Assembly (NCBI RefSeq): GCF_009914755.1
Contig: NC_060944.1
Reading direction: 5' to 3' (one strand)
DNA: 64,000 nt
DNA from: the human T2T-CHM13v2.0 reference genome, Homo sapiens
Every line of letters begins with the position of its first letter. Position 1 is the stretch's first letter. Shown here piece after piece: positions 24,612-39,300 of this stretch. The position numbers and the translations under genes are program-made. The notes beneath the pieces are model-generated. The model did not search any database. It worked only from the letters and a program-made list of their open reading frames with translations, and had not been told where the DNA came from.

Positions 24612-27600
24612 GTGTTTCAAACCTTCTCTACGAAAGTGCATGTTCTCCTCTGTGACGTCAATGCAAACATCCCAAAGAAGTTTCTGAGAATGCTTCTGTC
24701 TGGATTTTATCTGAAGACAATCCCGTTTCCAACGAAATCCTCAAAGCTATGCAAATATGCTCCTGCAGATTCTACAGAAAGAGTGTTTCAAAACTGCTCT
24801 AGAAAAAGAAAGATTCGACTCTGTTAATAGAGTGCACACATTACAAACAAGTTGCCGAGAATGCTTCTGTCTGGTTTTTATGGGAAGATATTTCCTTTTC
24901 CAATACAAGCCTGAATGCGCTCCAAATGGACACTTCCAGACACGACAAAAGGAGTGTTTCAAACCTGTTCTATGAAAGGGAACGTTCCATTCTGTGACTT
25001 GAATGCAAACATCACCAAGTAGTTTCTCAGAACGCTGCTGTCTGCTTTTTATATGTATTCCCGTTTCCAACGAAATCGTCAAAGCCAGCCAAATATCCAC
25101 TTGCAGGTTCCACAGAAAGAGTGTTTCAAAACTGCTCTCTCAAAAGACATGTTCAACTCTGTCAGTTGAGGACACACATCACAAAGATGTTTCTGAGAAT
25201 ACTTCTGTCTAGTTTTTATGGGAAGATATTTCCTTTTTCACCATAGGCCTCAAAGCGCTCCACATGTCCACTTCCAGGGAATGCAAAAAGAGTGTTTCCA
25301 ACCTGCTCTATGAAAGCGAATGTTCAACTCCGTGACTTGAATGCAACCATCACAAGGAAGTTTCTGAGAATGCTTCTGTCTAGATTTTATATGAAGATAT
25401 TCCCGTTTCCAATGAAATCTTTAAGCTATCCAAATATCCACTTGGAGATTCTACAAAAAGAGTGTTTCAAATCTGCTCTATCAAAAGAAAGGTTCTACTC
25501 CGTCAGTTGAGGTCACACATCACGAGTAAGTTTCTGACACTGCTTCTGTCTAGTTTTTATGGGAAGATATGTCCTTTTTCACCTTAGGCCGGAAATCGCT
25601 CCAAAAGTCCAGTTACAGACACTACAAAAAGAGTGTTTCAAACCTGCTCTGTGAAAGGGAATGTTCAATTCTGTGACTTGAATGCAAACATCCCAAAGAA
25701 GTTGCTGAGAATGCTGCTGTCTGCTTTTTATGCCTTATCCCGTTTCCAACGAAATCTCAAATCTAGCCAAATATCCAATTGCAGACTCCACAAAAAGGGT
25801 GTTTCAAAACTATCCTCTCCAAAGAAATGTTCAAGTCTGTTAGTTGAGGACACACATCAGAGACTAGCTTCTGAGAATGCTTCTGTCCAGTTGTTATGGG
25901 AGGAAATTTCCTTTTTCAACATAGGCCTGAAACCGCTTCAAATGTCCACTTCCAGATATTGCAAATAGAGTGTTTCAAACCTTCTCTACGAAAGGGCATG
26001 TTCTCCTCTGTGACTTCAATGCGAACATCCCAAAGAAGTTTCTGAGAATCCTTCTGTCTGGATTTTATCTGAAGACAATCCCGTTTCCAACGAAATCCTC
26101 AAAGCTATGCAAATATGCTCCTGCAGATTCTACAAAAAGAGTGTTTCAAAACTGCTCTAGGAAAAGAAAGGTTCGACTCTGTTAATAGAGGGCACACATC
26201 ACAAACAAGTTGCCGAGAATGCTTCTGTCTGGTTTTTATGGGAAGATATTTCCTTTTCCAATACAAGCCTGAATGCGCTCCAAATGGACACTTCCAGACA
26301 CGACAAAAGGAGTGTTTCAAACCTGTTCTATGAAAGGGAACGTTCCATTCTGTGACTTGAATGCAAACATCACCAAGTAGTTTCTCAGAACGCTGCTGTC
26401 TGCTTTTTATATGTATTACCGTTTCCAACGAAATCGTCAAAGCCAGCCAAATATCCACTTGCAGGTTCCACAGAAAGAGTGTTTCAAAACTGCTCTCTCA
26501 AAAGACATGTTCAACTCTGTCAGTTGAGGACACACATCACAAAGAAGTTTCTGAGAATGCTTCTGTCTAGTTTTTATGGGAAGATATTTCCTTTTTCACC
26601 ATAGGCCTTAAAGCGCTCCACATGTCCACTTCCAGGGAATGGAAAAAGAGTGTTTCCAACCTGCTCTATGAAAGCGAATGTTCAACTCCGTGACTTGAAT
26701 GCAACCACCACAAGGAAGTTTCTGAGAATGCTTCTGTCTAGATTTTATATGAAGATATTCCCGTTTCCAAAGAAATCCTCAAAGCTATCCAAAAATCCAC
26801 TTGGAGATTCTACAAAAAGAGTGTTTCAAAACTGCTCTATCAAAAGAAAGGTTCTACTCCGTCAGTTGAGGACACACATCACGAGTAAGTTTCTGAGAAT
26901 GCTTCTGTCTAGTTTTTATGGGAAGATATGTCCTTTTTCACCTTAGGCCGGAAAACGCTCCAAAAGTCCAGTTACAGACACTTCAAAAAGAGTGTTTCAA
27001 ACCTGCTCTGTGAAAGGGAATGTTCAATTCTGTGACTTGAATGCAAACATCACAAAGAAGTTGCTGAGAATGCTGCTGTCTGCTTTTTATACCTTATCCC
27101 GTTTCCAACGAAATCCTCAAATCTAGCCAAATATCCACTTGCAGACTCCACAAAAAGAGTGTTTCAAAACTGTACTGTCAAAAGAAATGTTCAACTCTGT
27201 TAGTTGAGGACACACATCAGAGACTAGCTTCTGAGAATGCTTCTGTCCAGTTGTTACGGGAAGAAATTTCCTTTTTCAACATAGGCCTGAAACCACTTCA
27301 AATGTCCACTTCCAGATACTGCAAAGAGAGTGTTTCAAAACTTCTCTACGAAAGGGCATGTTCTCCTCTGTGACGTCAATGCAAACATCCCAAAGAAGTT
27401 TCTGAGAATGCTTCTGTCTGGATTTTATCTGAAGACAATCCCGTTTCCAACGAAATCCTCAAAGCTATGCAAATATGCTCCTGCAGATTCTACAAAAAGG
27501 GTGTTTCAAAACTGCTCTAGGAAAAGAAAGGATCGACTCTGTTAGTAGAGGGCACACATCACAAACAAGTTGCCGAGAATGCTTTTGTCTGGTTTTTATG

Positions 27601-28399
27601 GGAAGATATTTCCTTTTCCAACACAAGCCTGAATGCGCTCCAAATGGACACTTCCAGATACGACAAAAGGAGGGTTTCAAACGTGTTCTATGAAAGGGAA
27701 CGTTCCATTCTGTGACATGAATGCAAACATCACCAAGTAGTTTCTCAGAACGCTGCTGTCTGCTTTTTATATGTATTCCCGTTTCCAACGAAATCGTCAA
27801 AGCCAGCCAAATATCCACTTGCAGGTTCCACAGAAAGAGTGTTTCAAAACTGCTCTCTCAAAAGACATGTTCAACTCTGTCAGTTGAGGGCACACATCAC
27901 AAAGAAGTTTCTGAGAATGCTTCTGTCTAGTTTTTATGGGAAGATATTTCCTTTTTCACCATAGGCCTCAAAGCGCTCCACATGTCCACTTCCAGGGAAT
28001 GGAAAAAGAGTGTTTCCAACCTGCTCTATGAAAGCGAATGTTCAAATCCGTGACTTGAATGCAACCATCACAAGGAAGTTTCTGAGAATGCTTCTGTCTA
28101 GATTTTATATGAAGATATTCCCGTTTCCAACGAAATCTTTAAGCTATCCAAATATCCACTTGGAGATTCTACAAAAAGAGTGTTTCAAAACTGCTCTATC
28201 AAAAGAAAGGTTCTACTCCGTCAGTTGAGGACACACATCACGAGTAAGTTTCTGACACTGCTTCTGTCTAGTTTTTATGGGAAGATATGTCCTTTTTCTC
28301 CTTAGTCCGGAAAACGCTCCAAAAGTCCAGTTACAGACACTACAAAAAGAGTGTTTCAAACCTGCTCTGTGAAAGGGAATGTTCAATTCTGTGACTTGA

Positions 28400-31300
28400 A
28401 TGCAAACATCACAAAGAAGTTGCTGAGAATGCTGCTGTCTGCTTTTTATGCCTTATCCGTTTCCAAGGAAATCCTCAAATCTAGCCAAATATCCACTTGC
28501 AGACTCCACAAAAAGAGTGTTTCAAAACTGTACTCTCCAAAGAAATGTTCAACTCTGTTAGTTGAGGACACACATCAGAGACTAGCTTCTGAGAATACTT
28601 CTGTCCAGTTGTTACGGGAAGATATTTCCTTTTTCAACATAGGCCTGAAACCGCTTCAAATGTCCACTTCCAGATACTGCAAAGAGAGTGTTTCAAACCT
28701 TCTCTACGAAAGGGCATGTTCTCCTCTGTGACGTCAATGCAAACATCCCAAAGAAGTTTCTGAGAATGCTTCTGTCTGGATTTTATCTGAAGACAATCCC
28801 GTTTCCAACGAAATCCTCAAAGCTATGCAAATATGCTCCTGCAGATTCTACAAAAAGAGTGTTTCAAAACTGCTCTAGGAAAAGAAAGGTTCGACTCTGT
28901 TAGTAGAGGGCACACATCACAAACAAGTTGCCGAGAATGCTTCTGTCTGGTTTTTATGGGAAGATATTTCCTTTTCCAACACAAGCCTGAATGCGCTCCA
29001 AATGGGCACTTCCAGATACGACAAAAGGAGGGTTTCAAACGTGTTCTATGAAAGGGAACGTTCCATTCTGTGACATGAATGAAAACATCACCAAGTAGTT
29101 TCTCAGAACGCTGCTGTCTGCTTTTTATATGTATTCCCGTTTCCAACGAAATCGTCAAAGCCAGCCAAATATCCACTTGCAGGTTCCACAGAAAGAGTGT
29201 TTCAAAACTGCTCTCTCAAAAGACATGTTCAACTCTGTCAGTTGAGGGCACACATCACAAAGAAGTTTCTGAGAATGCTTCTTTCTAGTTTTTATGGGAA
29301 GATATTTCCTTTTTCACCATAGGCCTCAAAGCGCTCCACATGTCCACTTCCAGGGAATGGAAAAAGAGTGTTTCCAACCTGCTCTATGAAAGCGAATGTT
29401 CAAATCCGTGACTTGAATGCAACCATCACAAGGAAATTTCTGAGAATGCTCCTGTCTAGATTTTATATGAAGATATTCCCGTTTCCAACGAAATCTTTAA
29501 GCTATCCAAATATCCACTTGGAGATTCTACAAAAAGAGTGTTTCAAAACTGCTCTATCAAAAGAAAGGTTCTACTCCGTCAGTTGAGGACACACATCACG
29601 AGTAAGTTTCTGACACTGCTTCTGTCTAGTTTTTATGGGAAGATATGTCCTTTTTCACCTTAGTCCGGAAAACGCTCCAAAAGTCCAGTTACAGACACTA
29701 CAAAAAGAGTGTTTCAAACCAGCTCTGTGAAAGGGAATGTTCAATTCTGTGACTTGAATGCAAACATCACAAAGAAGTTGCTGAGAATGCTGCTGTCTGC
29801 TTTTTATGCCTTATCCCGTTTCCAACGAAATCCTCAAATCTAGCCAAATATCCACTTGCAGACTCCACAAAAAGAGTGTTTCAAAACTGTACTGTCAAAA
29901 GAAATGTTCAACTCTGTTAGTTGAGGACACACATCAGAGACTAGCTTCTGAGAATGCTTCTGTCCAGTTGTTACGGGAGGAAATTTCCTTTTTCAACATA
30001 GGCCTGAAACCGCTTCAAATGTCCACTTCCAGATATTGCAAATAGAGTGTTTCAAATCTTCTCTACGAAATGGCATGTTCTCCTCTGTGACGTCAATGCA
30101 AACATCCCAAAGAAGTTTCTGAGAATGCTTCTGTCTGGATTTTATCTGAAGACAATCCCGTTTCCAACGAAATCCTCAAAGCTATGCAAATATGCTCCTG
30201 CAGATTCTACAAAAAGAGTGTTTCCAAACTGCTCTAGGAAAAGAAAGGTTCGACTCTGTTAATAGAGGGCACACATCACAAACAAGTTGCCGAGAATGCT
30301 TCTGTCTGGTTTTTATGGGAAGATATTTCCTTTTCCAATACAAGCCTGAATGCGCTCCAAATGGACACTTCCAGACACGACAAAAGGAGTGTTTCAAACC
30401 TGTTCTATGAAAGGGAACGTTCCATTCTGTGACGTGAATGCAAACATCACCAAGTAGTTTCTCAGAACGCTGCTGTCTGATTTTTATATGTATTCCCGTT
30501 TCCAACGAAATCGTCAAAGCCAGCCAAATATCCACTTGCAGGTTCCACAGAAAGAGTGTTTCAAAACTGCTCTCTCAAAAGACATGTTCAACTCTGTCAG
30601 TTGAGGACACACATCACAAAGAAGTTTCTGAGAATGCTTCTGTCTAGTTTTTATGGGAAGATATTTCCTTTTTCACCATTGGCCTCAAAGCGCTCCACAT
30701 GTACACTTCCAAGGAATGGAAAAAGAGTGTTTCCAACATGCTCTATGAAAGCGAATGTTCAACTCCGTGACTTGAATGCAACCATCACAAGGAAGTTTCT
30801 GAGAATGCTTCTGTCTAGATTTTATAGGAAGATATTCCCGTTTCCAACGAAATCCTCAAAGCTATCCAAATATCCACTTTGAGATTCTACAAAAAGAGTG
30901 TTTCAAAACTGCTCTATCAAAACAAAGGTTCTACTCCGTCAGTTGAGGACACACATCACGAGTAAGTTTCTGAGAATGCTTCCGTCTAGTTTTTATGGGA
31001 AGATATGTCCTTTTTCACCTTAGGCCGGAAAACGCTCCAAAAGTCCAGTTACAGACACTACAAAAAGAGTGTTTCAAACCTGCTCTGTGAAAGGGAATGT
31101 TCAATTCTGTGACTTGAATGCAAACATCACAAAGAAGTTGCTGAGAATGCTGCTGTCTGCTTTTTATGCCTTATCCGTTTCCAACGAAATCCTCAAATCT
31201 AGCCAAATATCCACTTGCAGACTCCACAAAAAGAGTGTTTCAAAACTATACTCTCCAAAGAAATGTTCAACTCTGTTAGTTGAGGACACACATCAGAGAC

Positions 31301-34300
31301 TAGCTTCTGAGAATACTTCTGTCCAGTTGTTACGGGAAGATATTTCCTTTTTCAACATAGGCCTGAAACCGCTTCAAATGTCCACTTCCAGATACTGCAA
31401 AGAGAGTGTTTCAAACCTTCTCTACGAAAGGGCATGTTCTCCTCTGTGACGTCAATGCAAACATCCCAAAGAAGTTTCTGAGAATGCTTCTGTCTGGATT
31501 TTATCTGAAGACAATCCCGTTTCCAACGAAATCCTCAAAGCTATGCAAATATGCTCCTGCAGATTCTACAAAAAGAGTGTTTCAAAACTGCTCTAGGAAA
31601 AGAAAGGTTCGACTCTGTTAGTAGAGGGCACACATCACAAACAAGTTGCCGAGAATGCTTCTGTCTGGTTTTTATGGGAAGATATTTCCTTTTCCAACAC
31701 AAGCCTGAATGCGCTCCAAATGGACACTTCCAGATACGACAAAAGGAGGGTTTCAAACGTGTTCTATGAAAGGGAACGTTCCATTCTGTGACATGAATGA
31801 AAACATCACCAAGTAGTTTCTCAGAACGCTGCTGTCTGCTTTTTATATGTATTCCCGTTTCCAACGAAATCGTCAAAGCCAGCCAAATATCCACTTGCAG
31901 GTTCCACAGAAAGAGTGTTTCAAAACTGCTCTCTCAAAAGACATGTTCAACTCTGTCAGTTGAGGGCACACATCACAAAGAAGTTTCTGAGAATGCTTCT
32001 GTCTAGTTTTTATGGGAAGATATTTCCTTTTTCACCATAGGCCTCAAAGCACTCCACATGTCCACTTCCAGGGAATGGAAAAAGAGTGTTTCCAACCTTC
32101 TCTATGAAAGCGAATGTTCAAATCCGTGACTTGAATGCAACCATCACAAGGAAGTTTCTGAGAATGCTTCTGTCTAGATTTTATATGAAGATATTCCCGT
32201 TTCCAACGAAATCTTTAAGCTATCCAAATATCCACTTGGAGATTCTACAAAAAGAGTGTTTCAAAACTGCTCTATCAAAAGAAAGGTTCTACTCCGTCAG
32301 TTGAGGACACACATCACGAGTAAGTTTCTGACACTGCTTCTGTCTAGTTTTTATGGGAAGATATGTCCTTTTTCACCTTAGTCCGGAAAACGCTCCAAAA
32401 GTCCAGTTACAGACACTACAAAAAGAGTGTTTCAAACCTGCTCTGTGAAAGGGAATGTTCAATTCTGTGACTTGAATGCAAACATCACAAAGAAGTTGCT
32501 GAGAATGCTGCTGTCTGCTTTTTATGCCTTATCCCGTTTCCAACGAAATCCTCAAATCTAGCCAAATATCCACTTGCAGACTCCACAAAAGAGTGTTTCA
32601 AAACTGTACTGTCAAAAGAAATGTTCAACTCTGTTAGTTGAGGACACACATCAGAGACTAGCTTCTGAGAATGCTTCTGTCCAGTTGTTACGGGAGGAAA
32701 TTTCCTTTTTCAACATAGGCCTGAAACCGCTTCAAATGTCCACTTCCAGATATTGCAAATAGAGTGTTTCAAATCTTCTCTACGAAATGGCATGTTCTCC
32801 TCTGTGACGTCAATGCAAACATCCCAAAGAAGTTTCTGAGAATGCTTCTGTCTGGATTTTATCTGAAGACAATCCCGTTTCCAACGAAATCCTCAAAGCT
32901 ATGCAAATATGCTCCTGCAGATTCTACAAAAAGAGTGTTTCCAAACTGCTCTAGGAAAAGAAAGGTTCGACTCTGTTAATAGAGGGCACACATCACAAAC
33001 AAGTTGCCGAGAATGCTTCTGTCTGGTTTTTATGGGAAGATATTTCCTTTTCCAATACAAGCCTGAATGCGCTCCAAATGGACACTTCCAGACACGACAA
33101 AAGGAGTGTTTCAAACCTGTTCTATGAAAGGGAACGTTCCATTCTGTGACTTGAATGCAAACATCACCAAGTAGTTTCTCAGAACGCTGCTGTCTGCTTT
33201 TTATATGTATTCCCGTGTCCAACGAAATCGTCAAAGCCAGCCAAATATCCACTTGCAGGTTCCACAGAAAGAGTGTTTCAAAACTGCTCTCTCAAAAGAC
33301 ATGTTCAACTCTGTCAGTTGAGGACACACATCACAAAGAAGTTTCTGAGAATGCTTCTGTCTAGTTTTTATGGGAAGATATTTCCTTTTTCACCATTGGC
33401 CTCAAAGCGCTCCACATGTACACTTCCAAGGAATGGAAAAAGAGTGTTTCCAACCTGCTCTATGAAAGTGAATGTTCAACTCCGTGACTTGAATGCAACC
33501 ATCACAAGGAAGTTTCTGAGAATGCTTCTGTCTAGATTTTATAGGAAGATATTCCCGTTTCCAACGAAATCCTCAAAGCTATCCAAATATCCACTTTGAG
33601 ATTCTACAAAAAGAGTGTTTCAAAACTGCTCTATCAAAACAAAGGTTCTACTCCGTCAGTTGAGGACACACATCACGAGTAAGTTTCTGAGAATGCTTCC
33701 GTCTAGTTTTTATGGGAAGATATGTCCTTTTTCACCTTAGGCCGGAAAACGCTCCAAAAGTCCAGTTACAGACACTTCAAAAAGAGTGTTTCAAACCTGC
33801 TCTGTGAAAGGGAAAGTTCAATTCTGTGACTTGAATGCAAACATCAGAAAGAAGTTGCTGAGAATGCTGCTGTCTGCTTTTTATGCCTTATCCCGTTTCC
33901 AACGAAATCCTCAAATCTAGCCAAATATCCACTTGCAGACTCCACAAAAAGAGTGTTTCAAAACTGTACTCTCCAAAGAAATGTTCAACTCTGTTAGTTG
34001 AGGACACACATCAGAGACTAGCTTCTGAGAATACTTCTGTCCAGTTGTTACGGGAAGATATTTCCTTTTTCAACATAGGCCTGAAACCGCTTCAAATGTC
34101 CACTTCCAGATACTGCAAAGAGAGTGTTTCAAACCTTCTCTACGAAAGGGCATGTTCTCCTCTGTGACGTCAATGCAAACATCCCAAAGAAGTTTCTGAG
34201 AATGCTTCTGTCTGGATTTTATCTGAAGACAATCCCGTTTCCAACGAAATCCTCAAAGCTATGCAAATATGCTCCTGCAGATTCTACAAAAAGAGTGTTT

Positions 34301-37300
34301 CCAAACTGCTCTAGGAAAAGAAAGGTTCGACTCTGTTAGTAGAGGGCACACATCACAAACAAGTTGCCGAGAATGCTTCTGTCTGGTTTTTATGGGAAGA
34401 TATTTCCTTTTCCAACACAAGCCTGAATGCGCTCCAAATGGACACTTCCAGATACGACAAAAGGAGGGTTTCAAACGTGTTCTATGAAAGGGAACGTTCC
34501 ATTCTGTGACATGAATGAAAACATCACCAAGTAGTTTCTCAGAACGCTGCTGTCTGCTTTTTATATGTATTCCCGTTTCCAACGAAATCGTCAAAGCCAG
34601 CCAAATATCCACTTGCAGGTTCCACAGAAAGAGTGTTTCAAAACTGCTCTCTCAAAAGACATGTTCAACTCTGTCAGTTGAGGGCACACATCACAAAGAA
34701 GTTTCTGAGAATGCTTCTGTCTAGTTTTTATGGGAAGATATTTCCTTTTTCACCATAGGCCTCAAAGCGCTCCACATGTCCACTTCCAGGGAATGGAAAA
34801 AGTGTGTTTCCAACCTGCTCTATGAAAGCGAATGTTCAAATCCGTGACTTGAATGCAACCATCACAAGGAAGTTTCTGAGAATGCTTCTGTCTAGATTTT
34901 ATATGAAGATATTCCCGTTTCCAACGAAATCTTTAAGCTATCCAAATATCCACTTGGAGATTCTACAAAAAGAGTGTTTCAAAACTGCTCTATCAAAAGA
35001 AAGGTTCTACTCCGTCAGTTGAGGACACACATCACGAGTAAGTTTCTGACACTGCTTCTGTCTAGTTTTTATGGGAAGATATGTCCTTTTTCACCTTAGT
35101 CCGGAAAACGCTCCAAAAGTCCAGTTACAGACACTACAAAAAGAGTGTTTCAAACCTGCTCTGTGAAAGGGAATGTTCAATTCTGTGACTTGAATGCAAA
35201 CATCACAAAGAAGTTGCTGAGAATGCTGCTGTCTGCTTTTTATGCCTTATCCCGTTTCCAACGAAATCCTCAAATCTAGCCAAATATCCACTTGCAGACT
35301 CCACAAAAAGAGTGTTTCAAAACTGTACTGTCAAAAGAAATGTTCAACTCTGTTAGTTGAGGACACACATCAGAGACTAGCTTCTGAGAATGCTTCTGTC
35401 CAGTTGTTACGGGAGGAAATTTCCTTTTTCAACATAGGCCTGAAACCGCTTCAAATGTCCACTTCCAGATATTGCAAATAGAGTGTTTCAAATCTTCTCT
35501 ACGAAATGGCATGTTCTCCTCTGTGACGTCAATGCAAACATCCCAAAGAAGTTTCTGAGAATGCTTCTGTCTGGATTTTATCTGAAGACAATCCCGTTTC
35601 CAACGAAATCCTCAAAGCTATGCAAATATGCTCCTGCAGATTCTACAAAAAGAGTGTTTCCAAACTGCTCTAGGAAAAGAAAGGTTCGACTCTGTTAATA
35701 GAGGGCACACATCACAAACAAGTTGCCGAGAATGCTTCTGTCTGGTTTTTATGGGAAGATATTTCCTTTTCCAATACAAGCCTGAATGCGCTCCAAATGG
35801 ACAGTTCCAGACACGACAAAAGGAGTGTTTCAAACCTGTTCTATGAAAGGGAACGTTCCATTCTGTGACTTGAATGCAAACATCACCAAGTAGTTTCTCA
35901 GAACGCTGCTGTCTGATTTTTATATGTATTCCCGTTTCCAACGAAATCGTCAAAGCCAGCCAAATATCCACTTGCAGGTTCCACAGAAAGAGTGTTTCAA
36001 AACTGCTCTCTCAAAAGACATGTTCAACTCTGTCAGTTGAGGACACACATCACAAAGAAGTTTCTGAGAATGCTTCTGTCTAGTTTTTATGGGAAGATAT
36101 TTCCTTTTTCACCATTGGCCTCAAAGCGCTCCACATGTACACTTCCAAGGAATGGAAAAAGAGTGTTTCCAACCTGCTCTATGAAAGCGAATGTTCAACT
36201 CCGTGACTTGAATGCAACCATCACAAGGAAGTTTCTGAGAATGCTTCTGTCTAGATTTTATAGGAAGATATTCCCGTTTCCAACGAAATCCTCAAAGCTA
36301 TCCAAATATCCACTTTGAGATTCTACAAAAAGAGTGTTTCAAAACTGCTCTATCAAAACAAGGGTTCTACTCCGTCAGTTGAGGACACACATCACGAGTA
36401 AGTTTCTGAGAATGCTTCCGTCTAGTTTTTATGGGAAGATATGTCCTTTTTCACCTTAGGCCGGAAAACGCTCCAAAAGTCCAGTTACAGACACTTCAAA
36501 AAGAGTGTTTCAAACCTGCTCTGTGAAAGGGAATGTTCAATTCTGTGACTTGAATGCAAACATCAGAAAGAAGTTGCTGAGAATGCTGCTGTCTGTTTTT
36601 ATGCCTTATCCCGTTTCCAACGAAATCCTCAAATCTAGCCAAATATCCACTTGCAGACTCCACAAAAAGAGTGTTTCAAAACTGTACTCTCCAAAGAAAT
36701 GTTCAACTCTGTTAGTTGAGGACACACATCAGAGACTAGCTTCTGAGAATACTTCTGTCCAGTTGTTACGGGAAGATATTTCCTTTTTCAACATAGGCCT
36801 GAAACCGCTTCAAATGTCCACTTCCAGATACTGCAAAGAGAGTGTTTCAAACCTTCTCTACGAAAGGGCATGTTCTCCTCTGTGACGTCAATGCAAACAT
36901 CCCAAAGAAGTTTCTGAGAATGCTTCTGTCTGGATTTTATCTGAAGACAATCCCGTTTCCAACGAAATCCTCAAAGCTATGCAAATATGCTCCTGCAGAT
37001 TCTACAAAAAGAGTGTTTCCAAACTGCTCTAGGAAAAGAAAGGTTCGACTCTGTTAGTAGAGGGCACACATCACAAACAAGTTGCCGAGAATGCTTCTGT
37101 CTGGTTTTTATGGGAAGATATTTCCTTTTCCAACACAAGCCTGAATGCGCTCCAAATGGACACTTCCAGATACGACAAAAGGAGGGTTTCAAACGTGTTC
37201 TATGAAAGGGAACGTTCCATTCTGTGACATGAATGAAAACATCACCAAGTAGTTTCTCAGAACGCTGCTGTCTGCTTTTTATATGTATTCCCGTTTCCAA

Positions 37301-39300
37301 CGAAATCGTCAAAGCCAGCCAAATATCCACTTGCAGGTTCCACAGAAAGAGTGTTTCAAAACTGCTCTCTCAAAAGACATGTTCAACTCTGTCAGTTGAG
37401 GGCACACATCACAAAGAAGTTTCTGAGAATGCTTCTGTCTAGTTTTTATGGGAAGATATTTCCTTTTTCACCATAGGCCTCAAAGCGCTCCACATGTCCA
37501 CTTCCAGGGAATGGAAAAAGAGTGTTTCCAACCTGCTCTATGAAAGCGAATGTTCAAATCCGTGACTTGAATGCAACCATCACAAGGAAGTTTCTGAGAA
37601 TGCTTCTGTCTAGATTTTATATGAAGATATTCCCGTTTCCAACGAAATCTTTAAGCTATCCAAATATCCACTTGGAGATTCTACAAAAAGAGTGTTTCAA
37701 AACTGCTCTATCAAAAGAAAGGTTCTACTCCGTCAGTTGAGGACACACATCACGAGTAAGTTTCTGACACTGCTTCTGTCTAGTTTTTATGGGAAGATAT
37801 GTCCTTTTTCACCTTAGTCCGGAAAACGCTCCAAAAGTCCAGTTACAGACACTACAAAAAGAGTGTTTCAAACCTGCTCTGTGAAAGGGAATGTTCAATT
37901 CTGTGACTTGAATGCAAACATCACAAAGAAGTTGCTGAGAATGCTGCTGTCTGCTTTTTATACCTTATCCCGTTTCCAACGAAATCCTCAAATCTAGCCA
38001 AATATCCACTTGCAGACTCCACAAAAAGAGTGTTTCAAAACTGTACTGTCAAAAGAAATGTTCAACTCTGTTAGTTGAGGACACACATCAGAGACTAGCT
38101 TCTGAGAATGCTTCTGTCCAGTTGTTACGGGAGGAAATTTCCTTTTTCAACATAGGCCTGAAACCGCTTCAAATGTCCACTTCCAGATATTGCAAATAGA
38201 GTGTTTCAAATCTTCTCTACGAAATGGCATGTTCTCCTCTGTGACGTCAATGCAAACATCCCAAAGAAGTTTCTGAGAATGCTTCTGTCTGGATTTTATC
38301 TGAAGACAATCCCGTTTCCAACGAAATCCTCAAAGCTATGCAAATATGCTCCTGCAGATTCTACAAAAAGAGTGTTTCCAAACTGCTCTAGGAAAAGAAA
38401 GGTTCGAATCTGTTAATAGAGGGCACACATCACAAACAAGTTGCCGAGAATGCTTCTGTCTGGTTTTTATGGGAAGATATTTCCTTTTCCAATACAAGCC
38501 TGAATGCGCTCCAAATGGACAGTTCCAGACACGACAAAAGGAGTGTTTCAAACCTGTTCTATGAAAGGGAACGTTCCATTCTGTGACTTGAATGCAAACA
38601 TCACCAAGTAGTTTCTAAGAACGCTGCTGTCTGATTTTTATATGTATTCCCGTTTCCAACGAAATCGTCAAAGCCAGCCAAATATCCACTTGCAGGTTCC
38701 ACAGAAAGAGTGTTTCAAAACTGCTCTCTCAAAAGACATGTTCAACTCTGTCAGTTGAGGACACACATCACAAAGAAGTTTCTGAGAATGCTTCTGTCTA
38801 GTTTTTATGGGAAGATATTTCCTTTTTCACCATTGGCCTCAAAGCGCTCCAAATGTCCACTTCCAAGGAATGGAAAAAGAGTGTTTCCAACCTGCTCTAT
38901 GAAAGCGAATGTTCAACTCCGTGACTTGAATGCAACCATCACAAGGAAGTTTCTGAGAATGCTTCTGTCTAGATTTTATAGGAAGATATTCCCGTTTCCA
39001 ACGAAATCCTCAAAGCTATCCAAATATCCACTTTGAGATTCTGCAAAAAGAGTGTTTCAAAACTGCTCTATCAAAACAAAGGTTCTACTCCGTCAGTTGG
39101 GGACACACATCACGAGTAAGTTTCTGAGAATGCTTCTGTCTAGTTTTTATGGGAAGATATGTCCTTTTTCACCTTAGGCCGGAAAACGCTCCAAAAGTCC
39201 AGTTACAGACACTACAAAAAGAGTGTTTCAAACCTGCTCTGTGAAAGGGAATGTTCAATTCTGTGACTTGAATGCAAACATCACAAAGAAGTTGCTGAGA
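28400..39300 (-). repeat. Four tandem copies of a ~2718-bp 16-mer made of two alternating 8-mer haplotypes
   Basis: One haplotype has anchors at 28688/31406/34124/36842 and the other at 30047/32764/35483/38201, each with its own SNV set. The boundaries are approximate. Confidence 0.88.
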
